Shown here: positions 1 to 8,865 of the stretch, in pieces | Position numbering within the stretch: position 1 is the first letter of the stretch | Layout of the letters: each line of letters opens with the position of its first letter | Assembly (NCBI GenBank): GCA_049287045.1 | Contig: JBAQFC010000002.1 | Span: 1-48,210 of the forward strand | Source: Minisyncoccia bacterium | GTDB lineage: Bacteria > Patescibacteriota > Minisyncoccia > Phycocordibacterales > UBA9973 | Length of the DNA: 48,210 nucleotides | Direction of reading: 5' to 3' | Notes under the pieces: generated by a model | The model's database searches: none | Seen by the model: only the letters and a program-made list of their open reading frames with translations | Told to the model about the DNA's origin: nothing | Program-made: the position numbers and the translations under genes

Positions 1-358
1 CCATATAATATGCTTTGACCATATACGAATATTGAGTTTGAGTTGTGATTGAATTATCAATGTAGTATGGGCTAGTCAAGCTAGATACTAACGCATCAGT
101 ATCTGCATTTCTGAAAACTTTGTACATAATTGAAGCAGTTATTCCAGAAGGAGGAGGAACTGTTGGCCATGTTATTGTGATGTGTGGTGTTGAAGAAGTA
201 CAGGGTGATGGGGTGACTGTTACATTAGTTGGAGCACTAGGAGGATTGAAGTTTTGTGCAAATATTACTCCTCCAATCAAAGAAAAGACCAATAAAGAAA
301 TAAAGACAAAGAAAATATTTTTACTTTTTAGAAATGAATTAAAATTTATTTTTTTCAT
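1..358 (-). CDS. secreted/anchored FN3-like repeat protein, N-terminal part (gene continues past window start)
   Basis: Absent from the ORF track because it is truncated. ATG at 358-356 on the minus strand gives MKKINFNSFLKSKNIFFVFISLLVFSLIGGVIFAQ (signal/anchor). This is followed by PSAPTNVTVTPSP..ITITWP..YKVFRN..YSYMVKAYY, an FN3-like pattern. The frame stays open to position 1. Confidence 0.6.
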   Translation of the reverse strand, partial: MKKINFNSFLKSKNIFFVFISLLVFSLIGGVIFAQNFNPPSAPTNVTVTPSPCTSSTPHITITWPTVPPPSGITASIMYKVFRNADTDALVSSLTSPYYIDNSITTQTQYSYMVKAYYM

Positions 359-386
359 ATTACCTATAAAACTCTTAATTAATAAA

Positions 387-1772
387 CTAACTAACGATTG
401 GGAAAGAAACGATAAAATGAGAACCGACTCCTTTTATAGATTCCACAGAAATACTTCCACCCATTTCTCTCACTATTTTTTCTGTTATCCAAAGACCCAA
501 ACCTGTCCCTCGTATTTCTTCTGTTTCTTTAGTTCTAATACGATAAAACTTTTCAAACAATCTCGCTCTTTCCTCCTCGGTCATACCCAAACCTGTATCA
601 CTAACTCTTATACATAAACGTCCCTTCTCTTTATATTGTCTGACTACAATTTCACCCTTCATTGTATATTTAACCGAATTACCAACCAAATTAACTAAAA
701 CTTGTTTTAATCTATCTGCATCAATATTTATAAGCTGATCATTTTCTATTTTTGTTTTATCAAAAGAAACACTCAATCCTTTTTCTTTTGCAGTCAAAGA
801 CAAAGACGTAACTACCTTGTCTACTGTTTCAAGTGGATTTATTTTTGCTATTTTAAATGACATTCTTCCTTGTTCAATTCTAGACACATCCAACATATCA
901 GAAATTAATGAATCAAGTTCTTTTGAAGATGTATCAATTTTTGATATGTAATCTTTGGTTTGTGCAGTAAGCTCCGGAGCCGCGCTTGCAAATTCTGCAT
1001 ATCCTCTGATAATAGTCAGAGGTGTTCGGAGTTCATGAGAAGCCATAGAAATGAAATCATCTTTTAATTGATCAACTTCTTTTAGTTTTTTGTAAAGATC
1101 CATGTAATCAATAATTTTTGAATGTCTGAAGAATAAGAATAGAATAAGAATAATAACCGCAAAAAGTAAAATCCTACTATTTGTAATACTGCTTTGGATT
1201 GCAATATCAGCCAAAGACAAAGTCTGGGTTGTTATAACAACCCCAATATTATTACCCGACTTGTCTGTGATGGCTCTAGCTGTTTTAAAAAATCTTTCAC
1301 CATTATCACTAAAGGGCATAGTTAAAGAATTGGCGGGATCACTGGAAGCCAATGTATATAAAAAGGATGCCTGAGTATCTACTTTATTAACTTCATCTAA
1401 ATTATTAGAAGCTACAACTACATATGAGTTTGGGATTGTACCTAAAACAGGATCAACAAATTCTTTTTTAACAATAACTTTGAAACTTTTTATTGTCTCG
1501 TTTGTCTTTATTATATTTTGAATCTTATTATTTAGATATTCAGGATCATCAATCTTGTCTCCTGCAAAAGAAACAAACGCGTCTTGCAAAGATCCTATTC
1601 TTACGTTTATCAGACGTTCTTGGGCATTGTTCGCAATACCTATAAATCTTTCTGCCATAAAAACAAAAGACCCTGTAATAAGTACAGCCACAACAATCGT
1701 ATATATCAACTGAGGGTTATCGGTTATTTTTTTGATCCCCTTCTGTAGGTTTGAGCTGAAAAAACTAAACAT
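387..1772 (-). CDS. sensor histidine kinase (HisKA + HATPase_c)
   Basis: H-box SHELRTPLTIIRGY, N-box NLVGNSVKYT, G-boxes DTGLGM and GTGLGL, two TM segments. The ORF is open to 1892, but that start overlaps the divergent regulator. Internal Met codons at 1793 or 1772 (MFSFFSSNLQKG.. just before TM1) are more plausible starts. Confidence 0.85.
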   Translation of the reverse strand: MFSFFSSNLQKGIKKITDNPQLIYTIVVAVLITGSFVFMAERFIGIANNAQERLINVRIGSLQDAFVSFAGDKIDDPEYLNNKIQNIIKTNETIKSFKVIVKKEFVDPVLGTIPNSYVVVASNNLDEVNKVDTQASFLYTLASSDPANSLTMPFSDNGERFFKTARAITDKSGNNIGVVITTQTLSLADIAIQSSITNSRILLFAVIILILFLFFRHSKIIDYMDLYKKLKEVDQLKDDFISMASHELRTPLTIIRGYAEFASAAPELTAQTKDYISKIDTSSKELDSLISDMLDVSRIEQGRMSFKIAKINPLETVDKVVTSLSLTAKEKGLSVSFDKTKIENDQLINIDADRLKQVLVNLVGNSVKYTMKGEIVVRQYKEKGRLCIRVSDTGLGMTEEERARLFEKFYRIRTKETEEIRGTGLGLWITEKIVREMGGSISVESIKGVGSHFIVSFPIVS

Positions 1773-1877
1773 ATAAAAATAATACCATACCATTAATAAA
1801 TAACTACTAAAAATCTGTGACAAACAAGACAACGAATATTTATTGCCAATAAACTTGGAAGTTGATAAAATGTAAAT

Positions 1878-2321
1878 ATGTCTAACACTCAACCTGAAGA
1901 ATCAAATATAAAAAAAATACATATACTAATGGTAGATGACGACCCTATGTTACGTCGTCTTTTTGGTGGACGATTAGTAGCTCTCGGGTACGATATTATT
2001 TATGCCTCGGATGGTAATGAAGGTAGAGAGACAGCTAGGCGTCTTCAACCAGACTTAGTACTGATGGACCAAAAAATGCCCGTGATGGATGGGTTGGAAG
2101 CGACTTCTAGAATGAAATCTGAAATTGAAACAAAAAATATTCCTATAATACTTTTTACCAATGAAGATTATTCTTTAGAAACTGAAATGATGGCAAAAGA
2201 TCTCGGAGCCGATGCATACGTCCACAAATCTTCTGAATTCAGTGTTTTAGTAGAAACGATAAAAAACCTTTTAGAAAAAGATGGTAAAACCATACCTCTT
2301 CCTGAGGAGATAAAAAATTAA
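1878..2321 (+). CDS. response regulator, receiver domain only (CheY-like)
   Basis: ILMVDDDP..., DLVLMDQKMPVMDG, ILFTNED and a conserved K. No output domain (147 aa). Confidence 0.85.
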   Translation: MSNTQPEESNIKKIHILMVDDDPMLRRLFGGRLVALGYDIIYASDGNEGRETARRLQPDLVLMDQKMPVMDGLEATSRMKSEIETKNIPIILFTNEDYSLETEMMAKDLGADAYVHKSSEFSVLVETIKNLLEKDGKTIPLPEEIKN

Positions 2322-2335
2322 AAAAAACTACACTC

Positions 2336-2731
2336 TTATTCTTCTATTTTTTGTAGATCTGTAATTTCTTTAAGCTTTTCAATTATTGTAGTAGGACTAG
2401 TTTCTGATTTTAAAAAATAAAAAGATGGTTCACTTTCTACGACATCTTTCATGATATTTTCATTTGGATCAATATTGGTCAGCATTATGACCGGAACTTT
2501 TTTACCCCAATCTCCAGAACTGCGTAACTGCTTTAACATACCCATTCCATCAAGTTCTGGCATATTAATATCACTCAAGATAAATTGAGGTTTTTCTTTT
2601 AATGCGCTCTCGAGACCTAAAATACCGTTACTCGCAGTTACTACATCAAACCCTTTCAAGACAAAAGCCTCTTTAAAATAATCTCTTATCTCCTTGTCAT
2701 CGTCCACCACCAATATTTTAGTTTTTTCCAT
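2336..2731 (-). CDS. response regulator, receiver domain only (CheY-like)
   Basis: ILVVDDDKEIRD, FILSDINMPELDG, VIMLTN. 131 aa with no output domain. Confidence 0.85.
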   Translation of the reverse strand: MEKTKILVVDDDKEIRDYFKEAFVLKGFDVVTASNGILGLESALKEKPQFILSDINMPELDGMGMLKQLRSSGDWGKKVPVIMLTNIDPNENIMKDVVESEPSFYFLKSETSPTTIIEKLKEITDLQKIEE

Positions 2732-2789
2732 GATAGATATAATTATAATATCTATTCTACTTTTCTGTTTTATTTATTGTGGATAACTT

Positions 2790-3632
2790 TTAGTTCATGT
2801 AACAAACACTACCACTTATAGTGATTTCACCTGTTACGAGATTTACATTGGCAACTTTTAGTTTATTCACCGAACAATTCGTTTCATTATGAGCAGTAAA
2901 AATAGGAACAGAAACAGTACCTGAGGTCAAAGGACGGCCAGCTATAAATCTTATCTCTGAAAAATCAAACCCCTTGCCCGCTTTTGTGTTTATGGCACCC
3001 AAGGTATCATTCTTCGATTTATAAAAAAGAGAATCAATTGGTTTGAAAATAGTAAATGTTGAATTAAAAGCAAGTTTATCAATAACAACATCAACATTAC
3101 TTTCATCTAAATAAGTATCTTTTGGAAGATTTAAATATTGATAAGTATCTTCGTTGGGACTTAATTTTACAAGGAAACTATCGGCTGTCTTAATCGACGC
3201 CCAATCAATATTGACGTTATAGATAATATAAAAAGATTCACCACTATTCCATTTAAGTATAGTTATTTCTTCAGGAATAATATGTTTATTAAAATATGAT
3301 TCACTATACCCGTTACGAGAAAATTGTTCTTTTTTCCAAATATCAAAATATTTTAAACAAACAGAGTCTCCTTTACACAAAATTTTATAATCTTTTTGTG
3401 CGACAGGAATTGTATCTGGGTTAGTTGTTACAATAGGTGGATTCTGATTCTGGTCAGCTGGTGGATTATTTTCTTTAACACAAAACATACCATTGGGGCC
3501 ACAAGTCCCAGTGTTTTCGTTTTTTGAAATATCTGAATTATTTGTCGAATAATAAACAACACCTCCAACAACTAAAATAATAATAGTTGCTAACAATATG
3601 CCAATCACCATAAAACCCTTATTGTATTTCAT
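2790..3632 (-). CDS. membrane-anchored extracytoplasmic protein, unknown function
   Basis: N-terminal TM (FMVIGILLATIIILVVGGVVYY) followed by a Cys-containing soluble domain. No family recognised. Confidence 0.6.
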   Translation of the reverse strand: MKYNKGFMVIGILLATIIILVVGGVVYYSTNNSDISKNENTGTCGPNGMFCVKENNPPADQNQNPPIVTTNPDTIPVAQKDYKILCKGDSVCLKYFDIWKKEQFSRNGYSESYFNKHIIPEEITILKWNSGESFYIIYNVNIDWASIKTADSFLVKLSPNEDTYQYLNLPKDTYLDESNVDVVIDKLAFNSTFTIFKPIDSLFYKSKNDTLGAINTKAGKGFDFSEIRFIAGRPLTSGTVSVPIFTAHNETNCSVNKLKVANVNLVTGEITISGSVCYMN

Positions 3633-3716
3633 AATTTAATATTAACTCGTTTTGATAAAAATAACTAGAAAAACAAAAAACCCACCGAAGCAGATTTTCT
3701 GCTGGTGGGTTTAAAC

Positions 3717-4367
3717 TTAATTAGCTTTAAAATTTTTGAGAGTTTCGTTAAGGAATTTGTAATTATCCTTCATAAACGGATTTACAAATTCATTTTCGAT
3801 GATCTCTGTTTCATTCCATTTACCTAAGGAGCCTTGTTTCAATGCATAATCAACTTCTCCTTTAGGATTATTTCTACGTGACAAATGTGTTGATACATTT
3901 CTCGTGCTGAACAATTCATCATAAGGAACTTTTAAATTGATATAAACACTCGAAGCTGACGGAGCTTCTCCAATTTTTGTTCTATTCCAACCATAATCAC
4001 TACGGCCGGTATTGTACAAAAATTTTCTGAAGTCCTGGAAGAATTTTTGTTTCTTCTCATCTTTAAAGTGAGGTTCTTCATTTTGATTATTGAGTAGTTG
4101 CAGTAACTCATCCTGGTAAAGAGACGTAGTTTGAAAAAACTCAACGATCTTATCCATACCATTACTTGTTCCTGGAACCCAGATAAGTTTTTGTTGAAGT
4201 TCCTCTGCCATTTTCAAAGCCTTATTGAAGATGACTGTCTTTTTTGAACTGAAAATTGCTATCATTTTTTTTGGGGGGGTTAAATTGTGAATTATTGAGT
4301 TATCTATACATCCATAAAGAAGCAAAGAAAACCCAACAAGTAACAATAAAAAAACCCAAAATATCAA
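3717..4367 (-). CDS. putative lipoprotein, unknown function
   Basis: TTG start. The N-terminus IFWVFLLLLVGFSLLLYGC resembles a lipobox (L-Y-G-C). No family recognised. Confidence 0.5.
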   Translation of the reverse strand: MIFWVFLLLLVGFSLLLYGCIDNSIIHNLTPPKKMIAIFSSKKTVIFNKALKMAEELQQKLIWVPGTSNGMDKIVEFFQTTSLYQDELLQLLNNQNEEPHFKDEKKQKFFQDFRKFLYNTGRSDYGWNRTKIGEAPSASSVYINLKVPYDELFSTRNVSTHLSRRNNPKGEVDYALKQGSLGKWNETEIIENEFVNPFMKDNYKFLNETLKNFKAN

Positions 4368-4472
4368 AGTACCACTGCTCGTAATATGATATCATAGTTT
4401 TACTTAAAAGTCAATAGCATACTCAAAAAGTAAAGTCATCTCACCTTATAGGAACAGGGATACAAACAATCT

Positions 4473-5198
4473 CTACTTCTTTTCAAGAACATATTTCATA
4501 AAACCCTTTCCTCCTTCATAAAATTCAAGACGTGATCCATTCAATTTCATAAATCCACCCCAAGCTTCCAATCTTGAACCAGTAAAAGTTCCATCATTTT
4601 TAGAAGTGAATGGTTCACAAAAAGGTTTTGTGTTCGAAGCATCTGTTGGATCTTTTAGTCTAGAATCACAATAAGAATTTTCTTTAATAGAAAGTTCAAA
4701 ACTTTTATCAGTTGAATTTAAAGTTAATTTGGAAAAAGGACCGGACGAATCCATAGAACTATATTTTTCAACTACATGCCAAGTACCTTGTTTTGAAACT
4801 AGTTTTGAAACAGAAGTATTGGTTGCAGGCACTACTGTTTTTACTGATGCCACAACTTTATTTGCACTAACACTTGAAATAGAATCAATTGGAAGTGATT
4901 TAAGTTTAAGACGAGTTTGAGTATCAAGATTACCAGTCACAGGTAACGCTAATTTTTTTTGTAATTTCTTCACAGCATTTATTGTATTTTTTCCATACTT
5001 ACCATCAGCTTTTCCGGAAAGAAAACTTTTTCCAATTAAAAAAGTTTGAAGTTCTTTCACACTATCCCCTTTAGAACTGGAGCTCAAATTCGAACTAAAA
5101 ACGTGTCCGAAGTTTTCAGCAGCTGAAATTTTTTTATAATTAATACCAAACGAAAATACTAAAATAAAAACAAATAAACTTAATGTATATTTTTTCAT
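4473..5198 (-). CDS. secreted peptidoglycan-binding domain protein
   Basis: Signal peptide, then GDSVKELQTFLIGKSFLSGKADGKYGKNTINAVKKLQKKLALPVTG, which matches the PG_binding_1 pattern. Confidence 0.7.
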   Translation of the reverse strand: MKKYTLSLFVFILVFSFGINYKKISAAENFGHVFSSNLSSSSKGDSVKELQTFLIGKSFLSGKADGKYGKNTINAVKKLQKKLALPVTGNLDTQTRLKLKSLPIDSISSVSANKVVASVKTVVPATNTSVSKLVSKQGTWHVVEKYSSMDSSGPFSKLTLNSTDKSFELSIKENSYCDSRLKDPTDASNTKPFCEPFTSKNDGTFTGSRLEAWGGFMKLNGSRLEFYEGGKGFMKYVLEKK

Positions 5199-5232
5199 GT
5201 TTATATTATACCAATATTTTTAAAAAATTATA

Positions 5233-7515
5233 TTAGCTAAATGCATTTAAAACGTTAGCCAAAAGGTTTTGCATTCCTTGCAAGAAACTACTTGGTGAAG
5301 AAGGCGGAGGTAAATTCTGCTGTTGAGGTGGAAGTTGTGGTTGCATTTGGTTTGGCTGGTTTGGCTGTCCACCTTGATTAAAACCCGGACCATTACCATT
5401 CACACCGGAACCGGGATTAAAACCTTGGCCTTGGTTGGGACCACCAGGACCATTACTTCCATTTTGGGGTTTTATATCATCAGGACCTATACCTAAACAA
5501 GTACCTGGACCTGTGCCACAAGGACCCGCAACACCGCTATCGGTATTTCCTTGTTCTAAATTATTAGGTTGACTAGGTTGCTGTTTAGGTAACATTTGTC
5601 CAGATTGTTTAGAACCATCTTGGTTAAGACCTGGTCCATTACCATTCACACCAGAGCCAGGATTAAAACCTTGGCCTTGGTTAGGACCGCCTTGCTGTTC
5701 TTGTTGCGGTTTAATATTTTTACATTCTTCTTGATTCGATTCGCAATAAGCCTTGCATTCTTCCGGCCCCTTACATCCACCAGGACCCGCCTGCTGTGGC
5801 ATCTGCTGACCGCTCGGATTTTTAGTCCCAGGTCCAGGTTGAAATTTATCTCCTGATTTACCTTGATTATTTTTATTAATCTGCTGATTTGGTTGACCCT
5901 GTTGATTTTGTCCCTGCTGATTCTGTTGGCCTTGTTTACCCTGCTGATTATTCTGCTGATAATTACCACACTTCGCAGTTGAACTTTCAGGGCAAACCGG
6001 TTTTCCGTCTGAACCTACTTTTGCTGATGCTACAAATTTTCCATCCCCGTCAACACAAGCCAACACCGTTGGATTTCCATTCTCGTCAGGTTGGCACATA
6101 TCTGCCCATGGTTGAATTTGCTGATTTGATTGACCTTGATTCATTTGTTGATTTTCTCCAGATTGATCTTGACCATCTTGGTTTTGATCTGGCTTTCTCT
6201 CTTGTATACCAGATTTTTGAAAACACTGATTAATAGAATCACCGTATTTTCTTCCTACCACAGATCCAGTTTTCATTTTTTCAACAACATCAGCACCAAC
6301 GGTAGAAGTTAGACAATCTAAAACTTCAGGTGGTATTGAAGAAAAGGAGTCTTTCATCTTCTGCTGGCCTTCCTGCATTTTTTGTAAATCTTCCTGAGGA
6401 ATCATTCCATTATCTTTAGCAAAATTAAAACAAGCGTCTTGGTTATCGGGATTACTACAAAAAGTATCACAGGCATCTTTACCAATACATCCGCCGGGTC
6501 CCTTGTTACCATTTTTTATAGAATTTTTTCCTTGCTCTTCAGTCATATTTCCAATTGCTACAGAAAATTTAACACATTCTTCAACGTGGCTGGAATCGGC
6601 ACAATACTGGTCACATGACTGCAAGCCCTGTACAGACTGGTCAGATTGTTTTGATTGACTGGATTGTTCGCTAGATTGATCGGGTGGATTAGGTCGGCAA
6701 GATGGAGGTTTAATTCCCTGTTTAAGAACTTTAATAGTTTTTTGTACTTGTTCTTTTTGATCATCCGGTACCATACCAGTCGCTAGAGAAAAAGTCATAC
6801 ATTCTTCTTGATGAGTCCCGCAATATTGATTACACATAGGCAAGCCACTACTAGATTGATTAGTTTGCTCAGATTGCCCAAGCTGATCAGACGGAGGATT
6901 TGGTTGACATGCTGGTGGTTTTACTCCTTGTTTCAAAGCTTCAAGAGTTTTCTGCATCTGTTCTTTCTGGTTATCCGGCACAATTCCTGCTGCTATAGAA
7001 AAAGTCATACATTCTTCCATATGTGATGGATTACTACAATATGCCTTACACTTCGCTCCAGTACAAGCAGGTGGTTTTAAACCACTCTTAATAGCTGTTA
7101 TAACTTTTTTAGAATCTTGCAATTGTTGATCAGACATCATTCCCTTTTTTTCAGCAAAAGCAGTACATTCTTCTAGATGATTTGAATCGCTGCAATATTG
7201 TTCGCACGCATCTTTTCCTTTGCAGCTACCTGGACCAACCATCCCGTTGTCTTTAAACTTTTTAGCATTAGATAATTCTTCAGTACTCATTAATTTACGC
7301 TGTTCAGCAAAACTCAAACAGGCGTCTATATTCTCCGACTTATCACAATAAGCCTTGCATGACGTCTTGTCTGCGCAGTTACCTAGCTCAACAACGGGAA
7401 AAGAAATTCCTGGAACAGCTTGATTATCTGTCTGAGCATGAGCAAAACTAATTATTCCACCAGAAATTAAAATCCCGGAAACTAAAATTAGAAAACTTAA
7501 AATATTTTTTTTCAT
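5233..7515 (-). CDS. secreted Cys-repeat protein with Q/N/G/P-rich low-complexity C-terminal half
   Basis: Signal peptide. About 7 copies of a module C-x2-[YF]-C-x5-8-C-x2-F (for example SCKAYCDKSENIDACLSF, ACEQYCSDSNHLEECTAF, KCKAYCSNPSHMEECMTF). Duplicated GPNQGQGFNPGSGVNGNGPG tracts. Confidence 0.75.
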   Translation of the reverse strand: MKKNILSFLILVSGILISGGIISFAHAQTDNQAVPGISFPVVELGNCADKTSCKAYCDKSENIDACLSFAEQRKLMSTEELSNAKKFKDNGMVGPGSCKGKDACEQYCSDSNHLEECTAFAEKKGMMSDQQLQDSKKVITAIKSGLKPPACTGAKCKAYCSNPSHMEECMTFSIAAGIVPDNQKEQMQKTLEALKQGVKPPACQPNPPSDQLGQSEQTNQSSSGLPMCNQYCGTHQEECMTFSLATGMVPDDQKEQVQKTIKVLKQGIKPPSCRPNPPDQSSEQSSQSKQSDQSVQGLQSCDQYCADSSHVEECVKFSVAIGNMTEEQGKNSIKNGNKGPGGCIGKDACDTFCSNPDNQDACFNFAKDNGMIPQEDLQKMQEGQQKMKDSFSSIPPEVLDCLTSTVGADVVEKMKTGSVVGRKYGDSINQCFQKSGIQERKPDQNQDGQDQSGENQQMNQGQSNQQIQPWADMCQPDENGNPTVLACVDGDGKFVASAKVGSDGKPVCPESSTAKCGNYQQNNQQGKQGQQNQQGQNQQGQPNQQINKNNQGKSGDKFQPGPGTKNPSGQQMPQQAGPGGCKGPEECKAYCESNQEECKNIKPQQEQQGGPNQGQGFNPGSGVNGNGPGLNQDGSKQSGQMLPKQQPSQPNNLEQGNTDSGVAGPCGTGPGTCLGIGPDDIKPQNGSNGPGGPNQGQGFNPGSGVNGNGPGFNQGGQPNQPNQMQPQLPPQQQNLPPPSSPSSFLQGMQNLLANVLNAFS

Positions 7516-7519
7516 ATAT

Positions 7520-7792
7520 TTATTGAAAAGGGTTAGTTTTTAAATTTGAAAATGGATTGGTTTTGTTATAAGGATTAGCATCCGTGTTTGGTAAACTAAC
7601 TGCAGGTATTGCTACATCTGGTGAAACATTATTTCCAACATTAGCTGAGATATCGTCCACTGTTTTTTGAACATCCTCCACTGCCTGTTGCGCAGCTGGT
7701 TTTTGCATTTTTATTTTCCAATAATAATATCCACCTATAATTAATATTAAAACAACAACCACCGAAACAATTATTAATAGTTTTTTATTCAT
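7520..7792 (-). CDS. small single-pass membrane protein
   Basis: N-terminal TM LLIIVSVVVVLILIIGGYYYW. The stop lies 5 nt upstream of the start of the 5233..7515 gene, which suggests an operon. Confidence 0.55.
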   Translation of the reverse strand: MNKKLLIIVSVVVVLILIIGGYYYWKIKMQKPAAQQAVEDVQKTVDDISANVGNNVSPDVAIPAVSLPNTDANPYNKTNPFSNLKTNPFQ

Positions 7793-7875
7793 AAATTAAT
7801 TATATCACCAAAAATAAAGAAAGTGTCCAGAAAGGTGAATAACTAATAATTAATTTTTAAAATTTTGCTCTGTTT

Positions 7876-7904
7876 AATAAAAAAACCTCCTTGTTTAAGG
7901 GAGG
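7876..7904 (-). terminator. rho-independent terminator of the 7916..8254 gene
   Basis: Hairpin CCTCC-loop-GGGAGG (7886-7904), followed on the minus strand by a T-run (plus-strand A-run 7879-7885). Confidence 0.7.
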
Positions 7905-7915
7905 TTTTAAAAATC

Positions 7916-8254
7916 TCAATAGCTTTCCATGATATCTTTTTGGGTAAATTCTCTAGTAGAAGTAAAAGTTTCAGTAACATAAATCTCCGATATAGGAATA
8001 AGTACTGGTAATTTTTCATATTCAAATTCTTTAACCATACTTTTTTCTTTTAAAGTTTTACATGCTTTTACTAATTCTTCAGGATCTATATCCAAAAAAA
8101 ATAAAGGGTAATTTATAAAACTACATTTTAGAAGTATTAGTCTAAATACTTCTTTTGTTACAACCTTACCATGAACCTTTTTTACTTCTTTAATTTTTTT
8201 ATGTAAAGTAGAAAGAACATGATTTTCTACATCTGATAAAATAATTTCTTCCAT
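7916..8254 (-). CDS. hypothetical protein (112 aa)
   Basis: Clean ORF with its own promoter (TTGACA-17-TATTGT around 8375-8403, minus strand), a leader of about 120 nt, and a terminator. No family recognised. Confidence 0.55.
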   Translation of the reverse strand: MEEIILSDVENHVLSTLHKKIKEVKKVHGKVVTKEVFRLILLKCSFINYPLFFLDIDPEELVKACKTLKEKSMVKEFEYEKLPVLIPISEIYVTETFTSTREFTQKDIMESY

Positions 8255-8566
8255 TTGTATTTTGATTTAAGTTGTTTGCGTTATTGCTCTATAAAAACCA
8301 ACAAATGACGTCCAGAGAGCAATATACAAAACAACCAAACATACAAAAGAACTACTATTATATATGCACAATAGCATTATTATATTGAATTGTCAATTTG
8401 ATTACTCCTGAGTTCAATAAGTAAATGCGACACCTTTCGGTGTTTTAATTTTGTGTATCACGAGTTACTAAGTATAATTTTTCGCTATGCTCAAATTCTA
8501 CGTAAGTACTCGCGACCCCAGCTCGTGATTTCATCTGCTGATGAAATATCACTGCGCTTTCCACAA

Positions 8567-8594
8567 ACTAAAAATCTCCCTAAAGGGAGATTTT
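8567..8594 (-). terminator. terminator downstream of tRNA-Ala
   Basis: Minus strand reads AAAATCTCCC-TTTA-GGGAGATTTT followed by TAGTTT. Confidence 0.7.
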
Positions 8595-8605
8595 CTTAAC
8601 GTTTG

Positions 8606-8678
8606 TGGACCCTACAGGACTCGAACCTGCCACCCCCTCATTGCAAATGAGGTGCTCTACCAGATGAGCTAAGGGCCC
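8606..8678 (-). tRNA. tRNA-Ala(UGC)
   Basis: Minus strand: GGGCCCT TA GCTC ATCTGGTA GAGC A CCTCA TTTGCAA TGAGG GGGTG GCAGG TTCGAGT CCTGT AGGGTCC A. G3:U70 identity pair present. No encoded CCA; the trailer starts CA. Confidence 0.95.
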
Positions 8679-8808
8679 AAACTATTTATTTGTAAAAACC
8701 TATAACTTTCTGTGTTGCCTTTACGAGACGCTACAGATGAACTAAAGGCTTAAACTTTGCTAACATGCATATAATATATCATTTAACTAAAAATGCAAAT
8801 CTATTTAC

Positions 8809-8836
8809 TTGTTTTTTGCATGGTTTCTGATAATAT
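8809..8836 (+). promoter_or_regulatory. putative promoter of the intron-containing tRNA-Asn
   Basis: TTGTTT (8809-8814), 16-nt spacer, TAATAT (8831-8836), about 30 nt upstream of tRNA position 1. Confidence 0.4.
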
Positions 8837-8865
8837 ACTTATGTTCTTGTTTTAATTGAATACAT

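Noticed and set aside
120-617. 165-aa ORF on the plus strand
   Set aside because: Antisense to the truncated FN3-like gene and the histidine kinase 3' end. Its composition is low-complexity and hydrophobic, typical of shadow frames.
5596-7026. Six short ORFs on both strands inside 5233..7515
   Set aside because: These are shadow frames of the Q/N/G/P low-complexity and Cys-repeat gene. The long minus-strand frame, with its signal peptide and repeat structure, explains the region.
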